Of a stretch of DNA of 64,000 bases, positions 8,507-20,622 are shown piece by piece (the stretch's first letter is position 1; the number at the start of each line of letters is the position of its first letter). The stretch is from Candidatus Dormibacteria bacterium (lineage in GTDB: Bacteria > Chloroflexota > Dormibacteria > Aeolococcales > Aeolococcaceae). Position numbers and translations under genes: made by a program. The notes beneath the pieces are model-generated. The model saw only the letters and a program-made list of their open reading frames with translations. It was not told where the DNA came from and searched no databases. The DNA lies in assembly GCA_049511615.1 (NCBI GenBank), contig JBEKXW010000006.1, positions 5,672 to 69,671 of the forward strand. The letters run 5' to 3'.

Positions 8507-9643
8507 TCAGCCCCCGACCGGTACCCCGAACAGCGAAACGACGACGCCGACGAGAGCGGCGGCGACCAGTCCGATCACCACGTTCCGGCGCAGGGCGAGC
8601 ATCCAGACCAGCGCGGCGCCGAGCACACCGACCTGCCAGAGCTGGGTGAGGGCGAGCCCCAGGGGGATCGACGAGCCCGCGATCGCCCCGATCGCGGCGG
8701 GGCCCGCGCCGGTGAGGAAGGCCTGGACAGCGGGATTGGTCCGGAGGCGGTCGAAGTGCCGCCCGCCGAGGAGGATGAAGGCAAAGGAGGGTGCAAAGGC
8801 GATGAGCGCCGCCAGCAGCCCGCCGCCGAGCCCTGCGGCGGCGTAGCCCACCATGGCGACCGTCTGGACGACCGGCCCCGGGGTGATCTGGCCGAGGGCC
8901 ACCGCGTTGAGGAACTGAGGGCCCGTCATCCAGTGGTAGACGTGGACGACGTCCTGCTGCATCAGCGGGATGATCACGAAGCCCCCGCCGTAGGAGAGGG
9001 CGCCGACCTTGAACGACTCCCACACCAGCGCTCCCAGCCCTCCCACGGCGGCAATGGCGAGCAGCGGCATGACGACGACGCTCTGCAGCGCCGGTGCCGA
9101 TCGCGGCCGGCTGCCGCGAGCGCCCACCTCGGCCAGCCCGGCGGCGAGCAGGACGAGCACCAGGAAAGGTCCGACCGTTGCCGCGGCAGCCGCCCCGCAG
9201 AGCGCGTACAGGGCCCACCGGCTCCTCTCGGTGCGCCGGGCTCCGATGCGCCTCCAGCTTGCTGGCATGAGGCCGAGAGCGGCGTTCAGGGCCACCGCGG
9301 CGACCGCCGCTCCTGCACCGGCGGCCGCCCCCTCGACCGCGCGCGGAGGATGGCTGGCCAGGAAGAGAGCGGAGAGGCCGAGGATCAGGACCAGCCCGGG
9401 GACGATGAAGCAGAGTCCGCCGACGAGCGCGCCGACGGCACCGCGAAGACGCCAGGCGCAGAAGATGGACAGCTGGGTCGAGGCCGGTCCGGGAAGCAGG
9501 TTGGTGGCTGCGACCCCGTCCTCGAAGTCGCCCGCCGAGAGCCAGCTCCTGTCGGTGACGCAGAGGCGGCGGAGCAGGGCGATGTGGGTCGGCGGTCCGC
9601 CGAAGCCGATGCAGCCGATGCGCGCCCACTCCCGGGCGATCAC
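8507..9643 (-). CDS. chrA: chromate transporter ChrA (two CHR domains)
   Basis: FGGP.THIALLRR…WLS…F.DG.A..NL.PGP.STQL motif, duplicated; about 10 transmembrane segments. Confidence 0.8.
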   Translation of the reverse strand: MIAREWARIGCIGFGGPPTHIALLRRLCVTDRSWLSAGDFEDGVAATNLLPGPASTQLSIFCAWRLRGAVGALVGGLCFIVPGLVLILGLSALFLASHPPRAVEGAAAGAGAAVAAVALNAALGLMPASWRRIGARRTERSRWALYALCGAAAAATVGPFLVLVLLAAGLAEVGARGSRPRSAPALQSVVVMPLLAIAAVGGLGALVWESFKVGALSYGGGFVIIPLMQQDVVHVYHWMTGPQFLNAVALGQITPGPVVQTVAMVGYAAAGLGGGLLAALIAFAPSFAFILLGGRHFDRLRTNPAVQAFLTGAGPAAIGAIAGSSIPLGLALTQLWQVGVLGAALVWMLALRRNVVIGLVAAALVGVVVSLFGVPVGG

Positions 9644-10061
9644 CCGGAGGGGAACACGCCCCTCAGCGGAGGTGGCCGGCCCGGCGTCCGCGGTCCCGTC
9701 CGTGACTCGACCTCCGTGGCGGGGACTGCCAGGCGGAGCCGGACGGACGGCTGGGCCGGCGAGGCTGCACGGTGGAATTACAACAGAGCTTGCTGATCGA
9801 CCGCTCGACGCGCACCGGGCGCGACGATCAGCCCGCGTGGACGCGCTCGAGGACGCACGACGGCGCCCTGGCTGTTCGCCGTGGACGAGCCGGGCACCCG
9901 GTGGCTGGCACGACGCGAGCTGTTGGGGGAGCCGGCAACCGCCCCGGATCTGATCCGACGGGCCGGGTACCGGAGAGCAGCCTCCATGAGCTCGGCGAGC
10001 ACGGTCCCTGACGCATCAGAGGTGGCGTCCCGGCGTCACCCGGCGTACCGTTCTTCGAGCC

Positions 10062-10454
10062 ATGAGGATCCCGCTGCTCACGGTGGTTCTGCTGGCCTGC
10101 GTGTCGGCGGCGTGCTCCCGCTCCTCCACGGGCGCGGTCAGCGGCGGGATCCAGCCCTGCGCCGCCATTCCGCTCGCCGGCGAGCCCCACTACGCGGCGG
10201 GCACCGTGAGCGTGCTCGCCGGTCAGGTCACGTGGCGCAGCTTGGGAGCCGGTTCGTGGCAGGCCGTGCTGCCCACCCGGGTCGTGGTCAGCGAGCCGGT
10301 GGGGGTCGACGCCACGTACTCGTTCACCCTGGTACCCGGCCGGTACGTGCTGGCCGGGTACCAGGCCGGAGAGGAAGGGTCTCCGCGCTGGGTCGAGGTC
10401 ACCGTCCGCGCCGGGCAGACCGTGGACCAGGACATCCCCAACACCTGCATGTAG
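10062..10454 (+). CDS. putative lipoprotein, hypothetical
   Basis: Signal peptide with a lipobox-like LLACVSAAC. Confidence 0.5.
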   Translation: MRIPLLTVVLLACVSAACSRSSTGAVSGGIQPCAAIPLAGEPHYAAGTVSVLAGQVTWRSLGAGSWQAVLPTRVVVSEPVGVDATYSFTLVPGRYVLAGYQAGEEGSPRWVEVTVRAGQTVDQDIPNTCM

Positions 10455-10498
10455 GGACGAGCGCCTCCCTGCCAGTGGCAGCCGCCGGTCGACCCAGG

Positions 10499-12214
10499 TC
10501 AGCCTGCGCCGGTCACCCACACGGAGAAGCCGTCCAGCACGACCGGTGTCTCGCCGGTCGCCGCCGCGATGCGCGCCGCGTCCACCGTGGCGCCGGGCGG
10601 TACCAGGATCACGTCCACCCCCTCGCCCGCCAGCGCTTTCTCGAGGGCGGCCCCCTGCGGCTGCGCGGCGCTCGGCGTGCTGCTGCAGAGGCCGGCGGCG
10701 ACGGGTGAGCCGGCGGTCTGGTAGTAAGCGTAGCCGGCGACCAGCGACCAGCGGAAGCCGCCGATCGCCTGGTAGTACATGCCCGCCGGGGCGGAGTCCG
10801 AGGCGCAGGGGACGAACAGCACGGTGGTCCCGGTGGGGATGCGCGCCTCCACCGCGCTGGGCAGGGCACCGGGGACCGGCACCGGCATCAGCGGCCGGGG
10901 CAGGCCGGGCAGCCAGCTGGCCATGGTCAGCGCCACGAGACCGACCATCACGAGCCGCAGCCGGCCGGCCGGCTGCCGCGCCATCACAATGGCCACCGTC
11001 AGGATGGCGCAGGTGGCGGCGTAGAAGGACCAGCGCAGCGGCACCATGTCGGTGATCAGGGGAAGGTGCTGCAGCACGATGTCCGGCAGCGGAACGGGGA
11101 GGCTCACTCCGTTCACCGACAACCACGGCCCCAGCGACAGGACGACCAGCACCGCCGTGGTGATGCCGAGCACCCGGACCGCCACATCGCGACGCCGGGC
11201 CGCCACGGCGATGCCGAGCAGGAGCAGGGCGAAGATCCCGAGGTAGCCGTCCTGGCCCGTGCCCTGCGCCGTCCAGCGCGAGGCCACCTGCTGGGCCGTG
11301 GCGGGGGCCAGCCACTGGTTGGCGGTGGGAACCACGAGCGCGGTGAGGTCGCTGCCCAAGCCGTTGCTGCCGACCTCCACGTAGTAGGCCGGGTGCTGGG
11401 CCCCGAAGAACTGGGTGATCAGGAGCGGGCCGGACGCCACCACGACCACGACCAGGGCCGTAGCCAAGGCGCGTCGCGCGTAGGGGGCCCGTGCCGGCAC
11501 CTGGGCGCGCGGGGACACCATCACGAGGACGGCGACCGCCACCGCCATCGCCACCACGACCGCGGCGACGGTCTCCTGGAAGATGTACAGCTGCGCGGCG
11601 GCGATCACGCCGAGAGCACCCCCGACCAGCCACCACGGGCGGTGCTGGCGCACCAGGATGATGTCGCAGAGCACGACCGCGGCCGGAACGCAGGCCATGA
11701 AGACCAGGTCAAGGTGTCCCAGGGATTGCGCGATCACGAACGGCGACAACCCGATCGCAAGTCCGGCGCACCAGCTCACCAGGTGCCGGCCTGTGAAGTG
11801 CATGACGGCCCCGTACATGGCCCATGCGGTGGTGGCCACCGCGACGCAGATGAGAACGTTGTAGGCGACCACGGGGCCCCAGTGCAGGGTGATCGGGGCC
11901 GCCACGATGCCGAGCAGGGGCATGGCCGTGTTCCAGGCGAGGTTGACGCCTGCCGGCGCGTTGAGCGCGGACGAGAAGAGGAGCGCCTGGTGATGGGTGA
12001 GCGCGTGCGCCGTCCATGCCAGGAACCAGGTCAGCTGCATGGCATCGGGATTGCTGCCGGTGAGTGCCTGGCCCGGGGATCGGAGCGCATTGGCGAACAG
12101 GATCAGCGCGCCCAGCGCGTAGCTGAGCGGCACGGCAAGGGCTGGCCAACGGCGCGCCAGGGAAGGGTGCGTTCCGCTGCCGAGCCTCCTTGCCCTCCCG
12201 CGCGGCGCCGCCAT
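10499..12214 (-). CDS. large polytopic membrane protein, possibly a GT-C-type glycosyltransferase or YfhO-like
   Basis: More than 12 predicted transmembrane segments, with a periplasmic-like C-terminal domain. Start chosen at MAAPRG…; the ORF extends to 12412, so the start is uncertain. Confidence 0.5.
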   Translation of the reverse strand: MAAPRGRARRLGSGTHPSLARRWPALAVPLSYALGALILFANALRSPGQALTGSNPDAMQLTWFLAWTAHALTHHQALLFSSALNAPAGVNLAWNTAMPLLGIVAAPITLHWGPVVAYNVLICVAVATTAWAMYGAVMHFTGRHLVSWCAGLAIGLSPFVIAQSLGHLDLVFMACVPAAVVLCDIILVRQHRPWWLVGGALGVIAAAQLYIFQETVAAVVVAMAVAVAVLVMVSPRAQVPARAPYARRALATALVVVVVASGPLLITQFFGAQHPAYYVEVGSNGLGSDLTALVVPTANQWLAPATAQQVASRWTAQGTGQDGYLGIFALLLLGIAVAARRRDVAVRVLGITTAVLVVLSLGPWLSVNGVSLPVPLPDIVLQHLPLITDMVPLRWSFYAATCAILTVAIVMARQPAGRLRLVMVGLVALTMASWLPGLPRPLMPVPVPGALPSAVEARIPTGTTVLFVPCASDSAPAGMYYQAIGGFRWSLVAGYAYYQTAGSPVAAGLCSSTPSAAQPQGAALEKALAGEGVDVILVPPGATVDAARIAAATGETPVVLDGFSVWVTGAG

Positions 12215-12674
12215 GGGCGCAGACGTGGCCGGCTCGGACGATCCCCGTGCCCCTGCCCGGTCTGCTCGTGCGCTGGTCACGGTGCCGCGCAGGATAATCC
12301 CCTGGTCGCCCCCGGGGTGGCGAGCGCATCTCATCGGGAGCGCCGCCGAGCTGGCCCTGAGCCACCTCGGGCAGATCGGAGGCTGGGTGAGGTGGGCTCG
12401 GGCCCCACCCACGGCGCCGGCAAGAGCCGTTCGGCCCGAGTAGGCGAGGTCGATGACCTCTGGCCAAGGCGGGGCTCAGGGGGTAGCACATGGTCGCGGG
12501 CCCAACCCGCGCCAGACATGAAGCACGAAGACCCCGGTGAATCGGCGCCGCGTCGCGCCAACTGACCACCCGGCCGCGGCAGGCATCCGGCCGCTGACTG
12601 GAGGCACGCCCACGATGAGAGGGACCTCGCTGCCGGGCACGTCCTCGCGGTCGGGCGACGTGGAGCGCCGGCTC

Positions 12675-13955
12675 ATGAGCCCCGACGCCGCGGTGGCGCT
12701 GATTCGCTCGGGAGACCGCGTCTGGGTGCAGCAGGGCTGCGCCACCCCGACGGTGCTGCTGGAGGCGCTGGCCGCGCGGGCCGTCGAGCTCCAGGACGTC
12801 GAGGTCTGCCACATGCTGACCCTGGGACCTCTCGCCTATGCCGCACCGGAGCTGGCTGGTCATCTTCGCCACAACGGGCTCTTCCTGGGTGACAACACGC
12901 GCCCAGCGGTGGCGGCGGGGCGCGCCGACTACACGCCGGTGTCCCTGGGGGAGATCGAGCGCCTCTTCGGCGACGAGCTGCCCCTCGACGTCGCGCTGGT
13001 CCAGACGACGCCGCCCGACGCGCACGGCTGGATGAGCCTGGGCATCGGCCCCGACTGCACCCTGACCGCCGCCCGTCAGGCGTCGCGGGTCATCGTCCAG
13101 ATGAACGATCGGATGCCACGTGCGCTGGGCGACACCTTCCTCCACGTCACCGAGGTCCAGGCCATCGTCCCGGTGTCACTGCCACTCCAGGAGCTGCTGT
13201 CCGAGCCCCCCGACCCGGTGCAGCGTCGCGTCGCCGAGCGGGTCGCCGAGCTGATCCCCGATGGCGCCACGCTCCAGGTCGGGATCGGCGGGCTGCCCAA
13301 CGCGGTGCTGGCAGGCCTTGGCGATCGCCGGGACCTCGGCATCCACAGCGAGCTGTGCCCGGACGGCGTGGTGCCGCTCATCGAGGCCGGCGTGATCACC
13401 GGAGCCCGCAAGACGCTCCACCCGGGGAAGGTGGTGAGCGGGTTCGTGCTCGGCTCGCGGAGGATCCTCGACTGCATCGACAACAACCCGACCTTCGAGT
13501 TCCACCCCACCAGCTACGTCAACGACCCGTTCGTCATCGCCCAGAACGACCACATGGTGGCCATCAACTCAGCGATCCAGGTCGACCTGACCGGACAGGT
13601 CTGTGCGGATTCCCTGGGGACCCGGCCGTACAGCGGGGTGGGCGGCCAGCTCGATTTCATCCGGGGCGCGGCCCGCGCCCGGGGCGGACGGGCGATCATC
13701 GCGCTGCCGTCGACGGCCCACCAGGGCAGCATGTCACGCATCGTGCCCAGCCTCTCACCCGGCGCGGGAGTGGTGACCACCCGCGCCGACGTCTGCGATG
13801 TGGTCACCGAGTACGGGGTGGCGCACCTTCGCGGGCGGACCCTGCGGCAGCGTGCCGAGGCGCTGATCAGCATCGCCCACCCGCGCTTCCGCGACCAGCT
13901 CGCCGAGTTCGCGGCCCGCGAGCTCCACCTCGAGGCGCACACCGCGCCCGCCTAG
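12675..13955 (+). CDS. acetyl-CoA hydrolase/transferase family protein (4-hydroxybutyrate or succinyl-CoA:acetate CoA-transferase type)
   Basis: N-terminal …IRSGDRVWVQQGCATP… and C-terminal …GVGGQLDFIRGA…VTEYGVAHLRG…, typical of the AcH/Cat family. Confidence 0.8.
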   Translation: MSPDAAVALIRSGDRVWVQQGCATPTVLLEALAARAVELQDVEVCHMLTLGPLAYAAPELAGHLRHNGLFLGDNTRPAVAAGRADYTPVSLGEIERLFGDELPLDVALVQTTPPDAHGWMSLGIGPDCTLTAARQASRVIVQMNDRMPRALGDTFLHVTEVQAIVPVSLPLQELLSEPPDPVQRRVAERVAELIPDGATLQVGIGGLPNAVLAGLGDRRDLGIHSELCPDGVVPLIEAGVITGARKTLHPGKVVSGFVLGSRRILDCIDNNPTFEFHPTSYVNDPFVIAQNDHMVAINSAIQVDLTGQVCADSLGTRPYSGVGGQLDFIRGAARARGGRAIIALPSTAHQGSMSRIVPSLSPGAGVVTTRADVCDVVTEYGVAHLRGRTLRQRAEALISIAHPRFRDQLAEFAARELHLEAHTAPA

Positions 13956-13964
13956 GAAACGACA

Positions 13965-14195
13965 ATGGAAGCGGTCACCGATCGGGGATCAGTCACCATC
14001 GATGCGCAGGAGTGCAAGGGCTGCGGCCTCTGCATCGAGGCGTGCCCACCGCGGGTGCTCCGCCTCTCGGCGGAGCTGAATACCCATGGCTACCACCCCG
14101 CCGAGTACGGGGGATCGGGATGCACCGGCTGCGGCATCTGCTACTACGTGTGCCCCGAGCCGGGCGCTCTCACCGTGCTCCGGCGGGCGGCTTGA
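13965..14195 (+). CDS. 2-oxoacid:ferredoxin oxidoreductase delta subunit (2x[4Fe-4S] ferredoxin)
   Basis: Two CxxCxxCxxxCP motifs ([12 protein letters not shown] and [12 protein letters not shown]). Confidence 0.8.
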   Translation: MEAVTDRGSVTIDAQECKGCGLCIEACPPRVLRLSAELNTHGYHPAEYGGSGCTGCGICYYVCPEPGALTVLRRAA

Positions 14196-14198
14196 GCC

Positions 14199-15273
14199 AT
14201 GGAGGCACAGCTCTTCAAGGGCAACGAGGCGGTGGTCAAGGCGGCTCTGCTCGCCGGCTGCCGCGCCTTCTACGGCTACCCGATCACGCCGGCCAGCGAG
14301 ATCGCCGAGACGGCAGCGCTCGACATGCCCAGGGTGGGTGGCGTCTTCCTCCAGGCCGAGAGCGAGGTGGCTGCGATCAACATGCTCTACGGCGGCGCGG
14401 CCGCGGGCGTGCGCGCCATGACCGCCTCCAGCGGACCCGGCATCAGCCTGATGCAGGAGGGCTTCAGCTACCTCGCGGGCGCCGAGCTCCCCTGCGTCAT
14501 CGTCGACATGATGCGGGGCGGACCGGGCCTGGGCAGCATTGGTCCCGAGCAGGGCGACTACTTCCAGATCGTCAAGGGCGGAGGCCACGGCTGCTACCGC
14601 AACCTGGTGCTGGCGCCGGCGTCGGTGCAGGAGCTGGTCGACCTGACCGTGGTCGCCTTCGAGCTCGCCGACCGCTACCGGAACCCGGTGGTGGTGCTGG
14701 CCGACGGCAGCATCGGGCAGATGATGGAGCCGGTCGCCTTCCCGGAGCCGATCCCGGTCCCGGCGGCGCCGGCGTGGGCGGTCACCGGGACCGCGGCCTC
14801 GCGGCGCAACCTGGTCAACTCCCTCCACCTCGACCCCGACGTGCTGGAGCCGCACATCCGCGGCCTGGAGGCGAAATACCGCACCGCCGAGGGGTCGGAG
14901 GCGCGCTGGGATGCGTGGAGGGTCGACGACGCCGACGTCGTCGTCGTCGGCTACGGCATCGTCGGGCGCGTCCTGCGCGCCGTGGTGGAGCTGGCCCGCC
15001 GCCGCGGCATCCGCGCGGGGCTGCTGCGGCCCATCACGCTCTACCCGTTCCCCACCGTCGAGCTGCGCCGGCTGGCGGCGACGGCACAGCGCTTCCTGGT
15101 GGTCGAGATGAGCACCGGCCAGCTGGTCGAGGACGTCCGGCTGGCGCTGGAGGGAGCCCGTCCGGTGGAGTCCTACACCCGGGTGGGGGGCAACATCCCC
15201 ACCGCCGAGGAGGTGCTGCAGCTGGTGGAGCGCGATCCGGCCGGTGCCCGGACGGCCGCCGAGGGGGACGCCA

Positions 15274-15284
<11 letters not shown>
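14199..15284 (+). CDS. korA: 2-oxoacid:ferredoxin oxidoreductase alpha subunit (KorA/PorA-like)
   Basis: …[11 protein letters not shown]…MMRGGPGLG… Overlaps the downstream gene by 11 nt. Confidence 0.85.
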
Positions 15285-16764
<1,480 letters not shown>

Positions 16765-16900
16765 GCGGCGGGGCGGCCCACCCGGAGGCGGGCTGGGCCG
16801 GGGCCGAGCCGCACCTCCTCGGCCGGCCACGACCGACGGTCCAATATCGACCCGCCGAGCTTTGTGGAGCCGCGGCGGTGAGCCAGCAGGAGGTGGCCGG

Positions 16901-17869
16901 ATGGAGATCGGGATTCTCACCGCGGTGTTCCGGGACCGGCGTCTGGCCGAGGCCCTGGATCTCGTTCAGAGCTACGGAGTGCGGCACGTCGAGCTGGGGA
17001 GCGGCGGCTACACGGGTAACCACCATTGCGATCCCGACCGCCTGCTCGCCGACTCGCAGGCGCGCGCCGGCTTCGAGGAGGAGCTGTCCAGGCGGGACAT
17101 CCGCATCAGCGCGCTGGCCTGCCACGGCAACCCCCTCCACCCCGACCGCGAGGTCGCGGCCCGTGATCACCACACCTTCCAGCAGACGGTGCTGCTCGCC
17201 CAGAAGCTCGGCGTGGACCGCCTCACCCTCTTCTCCGGTTGCCCGGGGGACAGCGACAGCTCCCGTGGGCCCAACTGGGTCACCTGCGCCTGGCCGACCG
17301 ACTATCTGAGCATCCTCGACTGGCAGTGGCAGGAGAAGGTGATCCCCTACTGGCGTGAGCAGGCGGCCTTCGCCGGCAGCCACGGCGTCACCCGGCTCTG
17401 CTTCGAGATGCATCCCGGCTTCGTCGTCTACAACCCGCCCACCCTGCTCCGCCTGCGGGAGGCGGTGGGAGAGGAGATCGGCGCCAACCTCGACCCCAGC
17501 CACCTCTTCTGGCAGGGCATCGACGTGGTGACCGCCGTCCATCAGCTGGGCAGGGCCGTGTACCACGTGCACGCCAAGGACGCGGCGCTCAATCCCGACC
17601 TGGTGAGGGCGAAGGGTGTTCTCGACACCACCCCCCTCGATCAGGCCGGCCAGCGATCGTGGGTGTTCCGCACCGTCGGCTACGGTCACGACGAGCTGCT
17701 CTGGCGGCGGTTCCTGAGCGCCCTCCGCGAGGCCGGATACGACGACGTGGTGAGCATCGAGCACGAGGACGCCCTGGCCAGCCCCGAGGAGGGCGTTCGC
17801 AAGGCGGTCGCGCTGCTGCGGTCGTGCATCCTCACCGAGCCTCCGGCCCAGCCCTGGTGGACAGGCTGA
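16901..17869 (+). CDS. sugar phosphate isomerase/epimerase (xylose isomerase-like TIM barrel)
   Basis: AP-endonuclease-2/XylA-like TIM-barrel signature. ATG at 16901 lies inside the longer ORF 16412..17869. Confidence 0.75.
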   Translation: MEIGILTAVFRDRRLAEALDLVQSYGVRHVELGSGGYTGNHHCDPDRLLADSQARAGFEEELSRRDIRISALACHGNPLHPDREVAARDHHTFQQTVLLAQKLGVDRLTLFSGCPGDSDSSRGPNWVTCAWPTDYLSILDWQWQEKVIPYWREQAAFAGSHGVTRLCFEMHPGFVVYNPPTLLRLREAVGEEIGANLDPSHLFWQGIDVVTAVHQLGRAVYHVHAKDAALNPDLVRAKGVLDTTPLDQAGQRSWVFRTVGYGHDELLWRRFLSALREAGYDDVVSIEHEDALASPEEGVRKAVALLRSCILTEPPAQPWWTG

Positions 17870-18139
17870 TCAGTGAGCGGAGGCGAGACCTGGACCTGCA
17901 GCTGAGGCTCGGATTCGAGCTGGGCCCGGCCATCGCCATCTGACCCCGGATCGGTGACCGGAGCGGGCCGAGGCGCCAGGTCTGCTACCGTGGGGACAGT
18001 CGACCACGTCGACGGCATCTTGGCGAACCCTCTCCCCCGCTCCCCGCGGGGTCATCAAGAACGCTTCCCACCCCCGAGAGGGGCCCAGCGCGGTCCAGCC
18101 GCCCACCCGCGACCAGGCTGGTATGCGCCCGGAGAACCC

Positions 18140-19402
18140 ATGACATCGTTTGCCGAACTCGGAGTGCGCCCGCGCACCCTCGACGCCCTCACCCGCCAGG
18201 GCATCAGCGCCCCCAACGAGGTGCAGCGCGCGGCGCTTCCCCCTCTCCTCGCCGGCCATGACGCCGTCGTCGAGGCGCCCACCGGCTCGGGGAAGACCCT
18301 CGCCTTCGCCCTCCCCATGATCGAACGCCTCGGTGGCCACCGTCCGGGCGGGCCGCGCGCCCTGGTGATCGGCCCGACCCGGGAGCTGTCCCTCCAGGTC
18401 GCCGCGGTGATCGCGAGCCTCGACCGCGCCCTCCGCGTCGCCGTCCTCTACGGCGGCGTCGGCTACGGGGCCCAGTACCAGGCGCTGGCCGGCGGCGCCG
18501 ACATCGTGGTCGGCTGTCCCGGACGGGTCCTCGACCTGGTCGGGCAGGGCCGGGTGTCCTTCGCCGCCGTCGAGTACCTGGTGCTCGACGAGGCGGACGA
18601 GATGCTGGATGCTGGCTTCGCCCGCGAGGTCGAGAGGATCATCGCCCTCTGCGCCACCGGTCCCCGGCGTCAGACCGTGCTCGCCTCCGCGACCATGCCG
18701 GACTGGGTGCAGCGGATGATCGACCGCCACCTGCGCGAGCCGCGCCGGGTGCGGGTCGTCGCCGAGGCTGAGCCCACCCTCGAGCACGGCCTGCTCGACG
18801 TCGCCGACGAGCTCCGCCTGGACGCCCTGGTGACGCTCCTCAAGCTCCAGCCCTCGGGCTCGGGGACGATCGTCTTCACCCGGACCAAGCACGGCGCCAA
18901 GAAGCTGGCCCGCAAGCTGGACGCGCTCCGGATGCGCGTGGCCGAGCTCCAGGGCAACCTCTCCCAGAATGCCCGCGAGCGCTCCATCGGCAGCTTCCGC
19001 GACGGCGACGTCGACGTCCTGGTGGCCACCAACGTCGCAGCGCGCGGGCTGGACGTGCCCCACGTCGGGCTGGTCGTCAACTACGAGCTGCCCGAGACGG
19101 CGCTGTGGCTGACCCACCGCATCGGCCGGACCGCGCGCAACGGCGCGACCGGGCGCGCGGTCACCCTGCTCTCGAGCGCCGACGCCGAGCAGTGGCACAA
19201 GCTGCAGCGGGGAGGCGCCCCGCGCCTGCGCCGGCTGCACGCCGCGCCGCTCCTCGAGCGCGGCGAGTGGCTCTACCTGGCCGAGGGCGAGGGCCCGGCT
19301 CCGGCCTCCCAGCCGCCCCGCGCGGTGAGGCCTGCTCTCCCGCGGCGTCCCGCCGGGTCCTTCCGGCGCCGGCGTTCCGCTCCCCGCCGCGCCGCCGCCT
19401 GA
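18140..19402 (+). CDS. DEAD-box ATP-dependent RNA helicase
   Basis: Q-motif, APTGSGKT, DEAD (VLDEADEML), SAT and HRIGRTAR; Arg/Pro-rich C-terminal tail. Confidence 0.9.
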   Translation: MTSFAELGVRPRTLDALTRQGISAPNEVQRAALPPLLAGHDAVVEAPTGSGKTLAFALPMIERLGGHRPGGPRALVIGPTRELSLQVAAVIASLDRALRVAVLYGGVGYGAQYQALAGGADIVVGCPGRVLDLVGQGRVSFAAVEYLVLDEADEMLDAGFAREVERIIALCATGPRRQTVLASATMPDWVQRMIDRHLREPRRVRVVAEAEPTLEHGLLDVADELRLDALVTLLKLQPSGSGTIVFTRTKHGAKKLARKLDALRMRVAELQGNLSQNARERSIGSFRDGDVDVLVATNVAARGLDVPHVGLVVNYELPETALWLTHRIGRTARNGATGRAVTLLSSADAEQWHKLQRGGAPRLRRLHAAPLLERGEWLYLAEGEGPAPASQPPRAVRPALPRRPAGSFRRRRSAPRRAAA

Positions 19403-19491
19403 GCACGGGCCGCGGGTCGCCCTGGCGGCCGGCCACGCCGGGTTAGGATCCATTGATCCAGCTTCGGTTCACGCACATCGGGGGACGCCAG

Positions 19492-20571
19492 ATGTCCGAT
19501 CGAGAGTCCGGCCAGGGGGGAGCCCCCGCGGTGGGCCCGCCCTGGCGGCGCACCTATCGGGGTCGCTTCGAGAAGTCCGCGGTCGAGAGCCAGGTCCTCC
19601 GGGACAACCCCCTCGGCGACCCATGGGTGCGGCCGATCGAGGTCTACGTGCCGCCCGGGTACGACGAACAGCCCGAGCGCCGCTACCCCTCCGTGTACGT
19701 GATCCAGGGGTACTCCGGCCAGCTCGACATGTGGCACAACCGGAGCGCCTTCCGGCCCAACTTCCGCGAGCTCTGCGACGCCCTCTTCAGCGGGGAGGAC
19801 GCCCCGCCGCCGGTCGTGGTGGTCTTCGTGGACTGCTGGACCTCGCTGGGGGGCAGCCAGTTCCTGGACTCGCCCGCGATCGGCCGCTACCACACCCACC
19901 TCTGCGGGGAGGTGGTGCCCTGGGTGGACGCCCACTACCGGACCCTGCCCGCCGCCGCCCACCGGGGGATCGCCGGCAAGTCGAGCGGCGGCTACGGCGC
20001 GATGGTGACCTGCATGCTCCGGCCCGACCTCTTCGGGGGGATGGCCGACCACGCCGGCGACGCCGTCTTCGAGAACTGCTACCTGCCTGACTTCCGGAGG
20101 TGCGCCCGGGTCCTCCGCGACCATTACGACGGCTCGTATGCGCGCTTCTGGGAGGACTTCCGCTCCCGGACGGCGATGACCCGCGACGGCGACGGCGAGC
20201 TGTCCAACGCCTGGGCGATGGCCGCCGCCTACTCGGCGGACCCCGACGGCACCGTCCACCTCCCCTTCGACACCGCCACCGGCATGCTGATCCCCGAGGT
20301 GTGGGAGCGCTGGCTGCAGTGGGACCCGGTGCGGATGGTCCCCCGGTACGCGGAGGCACTGCGCTCGCTCCGGGCCGTCTTCATCGACGGCGGCCGCAGC
20401 GACGAGTGGTACCTGGAGCTCGGCGGCGAGGCCTTCCGGCGCGCGCTGGAGGCGATCGGGGTCACCGACGTCCGATTCGAGCTCTTCGACGGCGGCCACA
20501 TGGGGATCGACTACAGGTACCCGATCGCCCTCCGCTACCTGGCCGAGCGGCTGGCGCCTCCGCCCGCCTGA
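19492..20571 (+). CDS. putative esterase (alpha/beta hydrolase, enterochelin/esterase-D-like)
   Basis: GKSSGGYGA nucleophile elbow; esterase family pattern. Confidence 0.7.
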   Translation: MSDRESGQGGAPAVGPPWRRTYRGRFEKSAVESQVLRDNPLGDPWVRPIEVYVPPGYDEQPERRYPSVYVIQGYSGQLDMWHNRSAFRPNFRELCDALFSGEDAPPPVVVVFVDCWTSLGGSQFLDSPAIGRYHTHLCGEVVPWVDAHYRTLPAAAHRGIAGKSSGGYGAMVTCMLRPDLFGGMADHAGDAVFENCYLPDFRRCARVLRDHYDGSYARFWEDFRSRTAMTRDGDGELSNAWAMAAAYSADPDGTVHLPFDTATGMLIPEVWERWLQWDPVRMVPRYAEALRSLRAVFIDGGRSDEWYLELGGEAFRRALEAIGVTDVRFELFDGGHMGIDYRYPIALRYLAERLAPPPA

Positions 20572-20622
20572 GCGGGGCCGCCGGGCACCACGACAGCCGA
20601 TCGCCGCGGTCGGTCCGGGGCC

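Noticed and set aside
12537-12674. Longer N-terminus for the CoA-transferase (ORF start at 12537 or 12615)
   Set aside because: Family N-termini align with MSPDAAVALIRSGDRV at 12675. The upstream extension is Arg/Pro-rich.
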